Source of the DNA: Bigelowiella natans CCMP2755
Lineage: Eukaryota > Protista > Cercozoa
DNA: 33,212 nt
Assembly (NCBI GenBank): GCA_000320545.1
Contig: ADNK01003478.1
Location: 1 to 33,212 of the forward strand
Direction: 5' to 3'
The notes under the pieces: model-generated
What the model was told of the DNA's origin: nothing
The model's input: the letters and a program-made list of their open reading frames with translations, nothing else
Database searches by the model: none
In this document: in pieces, positions 29,201-33,212 of the stretch
Layout: each line of letters starts with the position of its first letter
How positions within the stretch are numbered: the first letter of the stretch is position 1
Translations under genes and position numbers: made by a program

Positions 29201-29722
29201 ATCCATGCACTTTGAAACATGAAAGTATTCGCACCCGACAGCATAAAAAGGAGCATTCTACGTACCTTTGGATCTTAGACGTTCGGTCTGATGCCATTCC
29301 CCAGGTTTTCGAGGATAGCGCATGCATATCATCAGCTTTTCGTTTGAGCTTCTGTATGAGCTGCTGGAAGGCTGGGATACTGTCCCGCTCTGGTACGCAT
29401 CAGCATCAACAAGTCAATCATCCATGTCGTCACATGTAGTGAGTTAGTAAGTGAGTCAGTGAGTCAGGAGGATTTCAAAAAGAACTAGACATTGGAAAGA
29501 AAGTCTTAGAAAACCCAAATTTCCGGGGTTTTTTTAAAATCAGACTGAAGCACGAAACGTTTTGCCACGAATTAAGAACGCATGGGGTGTGTATTTGTGG
29601 AAAAAATGAGGTTGTGAGGATGAGGCTGAAGAGCGATCTTTCATTCAGATTATAGCAGGTGCGTTTATTTGAACTATTTTGAGTATCTGCAGCAAGCCAC
29701 CTTTCGGGGCTGCAGCTGCCAT
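26223..29722 (-). CDS. THOC5: THO complex subunit 5 (FMIP), 6 exons, about 784 aa
   Basis: Exons 29701-29722 (MAAAAPK), 29266-29389, 29022-29121, 28723-28776, 28198-28488, 26223-27986; phases are consistent. THOC5 motifs: FLELKQLNR, LDDLNLFLQSLAYERTHLRKLIASCRAF, LLSMDEF, LLRAELGKRKQL, LPAPLARLY, AYDWVQALC, NRVRAHISLGKQI, LLSHQLRTLMRCVDV...FLRAVRGRDRRKPLIF. Confidence 0.9.
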
Positions 29723-30674
29723 CTTCCCTCAGTTAAGGATCCACGCAAGTGTCTGTGTCCTCTGCAGCGGGGAGGGCTGGAACTATGGCAACATCCCGTA
29801 GTCAAATGCCCTTGCGTTTCATTCTTGCGACAAATCCTTCTCGAGATTTCCCCAACCAAATGCATAAACTGAAAAAGACATCCTTATCATGGCTGCGACA
29901 TCATATAATCCACGACGCATGGGACCTGTTCGGCAGATGCTGAGAAACCCCAACACTTCTGGCCAGAACTAGAGTTTTGGCCTGCTTTTAGCCAAAAAAC
30001 TGTAGCATGCTTTCGGTGTTTGGAAACGATGATTGTCATGTTAGGAAACCTGGCCTGAAGTTTTCCTAGTTGTCAACAATGTGTAAAGTTCAAATGTGGT
30101 ATTAACATTGCGTCATGGTTTCAGAGTTGTCTCGAAGAGAAATTTGTCATAAGAATTCCAAACAATTCGATCAGGAAGCGCACAGTTTCTTTTAGCCGCC
30201 AGTATTATTTATTTTTCTTTCCCTATTTTTAAGATTTTTCACATGGATCGTTAGAACTGTTGTATTAAAAGTCATAGTTTTTAATATCTGCGACAAAAAA
30301 CAAATGGGGATTTAACTAAGAAATATCCTGTACCGCAGTGATACAGCTCGAGCATATCCGGTCGAAGCAGGTAATAGTCATCGGAATCATGGACAAACTT
30401 TCTAATAAACTACACTATTTTTTGAGACAACATTTCAGAAATCTCTATCTCTACACACATCCACTCATATAATAATGAGAATATTAGCATTTCGGCAGGA
30501 TAAAAACTGACACAGTTTGTTCACATTGCTGCCCGTACTCCTGGTCACGCTGTGAAGAAGAAGAAGAAGAAGGCACAAGAGTAGCGGGGCACCCATTTTC
30601 CCGCTAAACTGCAAGGTGACCACGCTCGTCTTTTCCCACCTTCCAATGGAAGAATGAATATTGCTGAGTTCTAG

Positions 30675-31045
30675 CATTCGTGCTATACAATGCACTATTC
30701 GAGAATGATTGGAGGCCGCTGCACATCAGAGATTTTCCCATAGACGACAAACAGCATGATACTGTTTTCGGGGAGAAATACTCCATCACGTCTCCTGATT
30801 TTATTTGTTTTACACGTACTTACAGGAGGGAGATAATGTACGGAAAAGCGGACCACCATCATGAGGATGATCCTGCTCAGCTTCTCCAGGAGAAAGAAAT
30901 GGCCAATCTGGCAGGAGCAGCATCAGGGGACTACTCCAGCAATGGAGGAAGAGGGCGGAGCTTCCATGATAGGGACGTCGAAGGGGGGATGCACATGGAT
31001 GGAATAGATGAGAAAGACTCCGATGGGTGTGTTGGTGTAAAATGT

Positions 31046-31080
<35 letters not shown>

Positions 31081-32567
31081 CATTTGTACGTTATTAGTTA
31101 AAATGTCCTCTGTACAGACGCTACGGCACCTTTTTCGATGAGGAGATCGATCAAATGACTCTGAAAGTACGAGGCCTCACTTATTACAGCCGAAGTAGCA
31201 CTTCTTGCCTCAACTCGGTAAAGGCAGATCATAATATGTTAATGAGTTTTGTGGAATTGGTGATGTTGCTCCGCCGCTGCTCGCATACCTACGATCGACA
31301 TAGCCAGATTCTATTAATTTTTTCATACAGCTGCTACTACTATCGTTCTTACTCTATAATTACTGCTATAATTTCACTACATTAAATCTGTTCTAATCAT
31401 CATCATCATCATCATCATAATCATCATCATCATTCACCAGTGTTTCGGGGGCGGGAATCCATCTCGGAAACTCCTCAAGAATATTAACGCCACCCTCAGG
31501 CCAAACCAAATGGTACCTTCTCTCCATCGTTAGCACTGCCATCATCGTCAATCATTGTTGCCAGCACCAAAAGTCATCATCGTCGTTTTCATTGATATTT
31601 TTGTCGCTATATTCCATCATGTAATGTGATTTGAATGTCCTTGTCAAGGTGGGGCTCATGGGTCCCTCTGGGGCGGGAAAGTCTACGTTTCTGAGGGTAC
31701 TGACAGGGAGAGCGGATGGAGTCATTGAGGTGAGTAAGTATGTCATCGTTATCATCCTGCATCATTATACATCACTTGTTGTCGTCAGCATCATTCCTCT
31801 CATCATTCTTCTCATCACCATCATCATCATCATCATCTTCATCATCAACATTATCGTCATCTTTCTTCGCCCTCAGGGAAAACTCGAATTAAACGGTCAA
31901 GATCTACGCGGCAAATGGGAACGTATGGCGATGATCTCCAAGTTTCTTCCTGCTGAAGACGTTCTGTACCAAGGCTTTACGCCGATGCAACTCCTATCGT
32001 AAGCAACCGACATCATTCCATTCATCATCATCAAAAACACCAGTAGCGACCGACAACAAAAACCAAATTCCATTGTAGTATCATCCGGCTCATCATTTTG
32101 TAGAATAATACTCGTTTTTGTGAGGATCACGATGGAAAATTTCTCGATTTCTCTATATTCAGCATCATCTTCATCTTCATGACGTGACAGTGGATCTCTC
32201 CCCCCCCCACCCCACCCCCCCCCCTCTTAATAGCTACGCTGCCTGCCTGAGACTAAGATGTAGCGAGGCGCAGAGACAACGACGAATTGGGCTGTTGATC
32301 CGTGAGCTCGGCCTGGAGAAATGCAAAAACACTGCTATTACCACCAGCAGCCACAGCTTGTCGACAGGAGAGCGAAAGCGCGTTATGATAGCTTTGGAGC
32401 TGCTCACAAATCCGAATTTCTTGCTGCTTGATGAGCCATGTTCAGGCTTAGACTCTAGGAATGCGGAGAATACGATGACGCTTCTCAGAGATATAGCACG
32501 GAATAAGCGTACAGTAGTGGTTTCCATCCATCAGCCCTCCATCAGTATATTTGAGAAGGTTAGATTA

Positions 32568-32601
<34 letters not shown>

Positions 32602-32999
32602 GATGATGATGAAGATGGTTATAGATAGTAGGTACGACAATAGCCTAGACACATTGATTGGACTTCAGATAATACATATGCATGAGGACAACCCACGCTA
32701 TTATCTCACATTGCCGATCAAGTCGATGATGGTTCTCTGAACAATTGAATTGTTGTGGCACAGCAAGTGAGAAATGCAAGCTATCAATGTTAATTGTACC
32801 AACTTGAGAACGTAATCATAAGTTAAATTACAACTACACTATTATTACTTTGTTTCACACACTACCACCCCTCGTTATATCAAACACATCATAGTTTGAC
32901 CTGGTGATATGGCTCAACAACGGCGACATGTGCTTCTATGGAAGTCCCAAGAAGCTTCGTGCGTATCTTAAGGACAAACTCAGTTCCCCTTGTGGGGAG
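30675..32999 (+). CDS. ABCG (white-family) ABC transporter, N-terminal nucleotide-binding domain; 5' start uncertain, continues past the right edge
   Basis: Exons 30675-30789 (tentative), 30826-31026, 31118-31217, 31441-31512, 31649-31729, 31877-31998, 32234-32558, 32895-32999. Peptide: KLLKNINATLRPNQMVGLMGPSGAGKST (Walker A), LSTGERKRVMIALELLTNPNFLLLDEPCSGLDS (signature and Walker B), VVVSIHQPS (H-loop), FDLVIWLNNGDMCFYG. Confidence 0.93.
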
Positions 33000-33115
33000 G
33001 TAAGAGGAGGAGAGGAGTGGGAGGGGGGGAGAGACAGCTTGTATTAAAATAATAGCACTATCTTTAGCAACTATTTCTTGTACATTATTATCAATTGTGT
33101 GTGTGGGGGGGGAGG

Positions 33116-33146
<31 letters not shown>

Positions 33147-33212
33147 GAGGTTTGCTTACGGTGGTCTCTGCTGCTTCTCCTTCCCTCCCTCCCCAATTTT
33201 CCTCCACCTCCT

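Noticed and set aside
29446-29467. Repeated TGAGTCA (AP-1/GCN4-like) motifs
   Set aside because: Part of a short (GTGA/GTCA/GTTA) simple repeat inside THOC5 intron 1, with no evidence of function.

Overview
Eukaryotic nuclear DNA with a high intron density (exons mostly 30-120 nt, introns mostly about 50-350 nt and rich in microsatellites). The architecture suggests a protist such as a chlorarachniophyte, but that is inference only. Most ORFs in the supplied track are microsatellite artefacts. Manual splicing recovers six intron-rich genes: asparaginyl-tRNA synthetase (-, runs off the left edge), EMC2 (-, complete), a GDP-fucose O-fucosyltransferase-family protein (-, complete, 22 exons), a Canopy/saposin-like secreted protein (-), THOC5 (-, complete) and an ABCG transporter (+, runs off the right edge). 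The main anomaly is an intronless, microsatellite-free 792-aa ORF (22519-24897, +). It appears to join a TFIIS N-terminal-like helical bundle to an MgsA-C-like helical region and a divergent kinase-like C-terminus, which recalls giant-virus hypothetical proteins. Other observations: three GC-AG introns sharing the donor AG|GCAC, an (AT)n tract replacing part of an AsnRS exon, a 1.76-kb homopolymer-rich terminal THOC5 exon, a non-canonical ABCG nucleotide-binding domain, and several degenerate non-genic islands.
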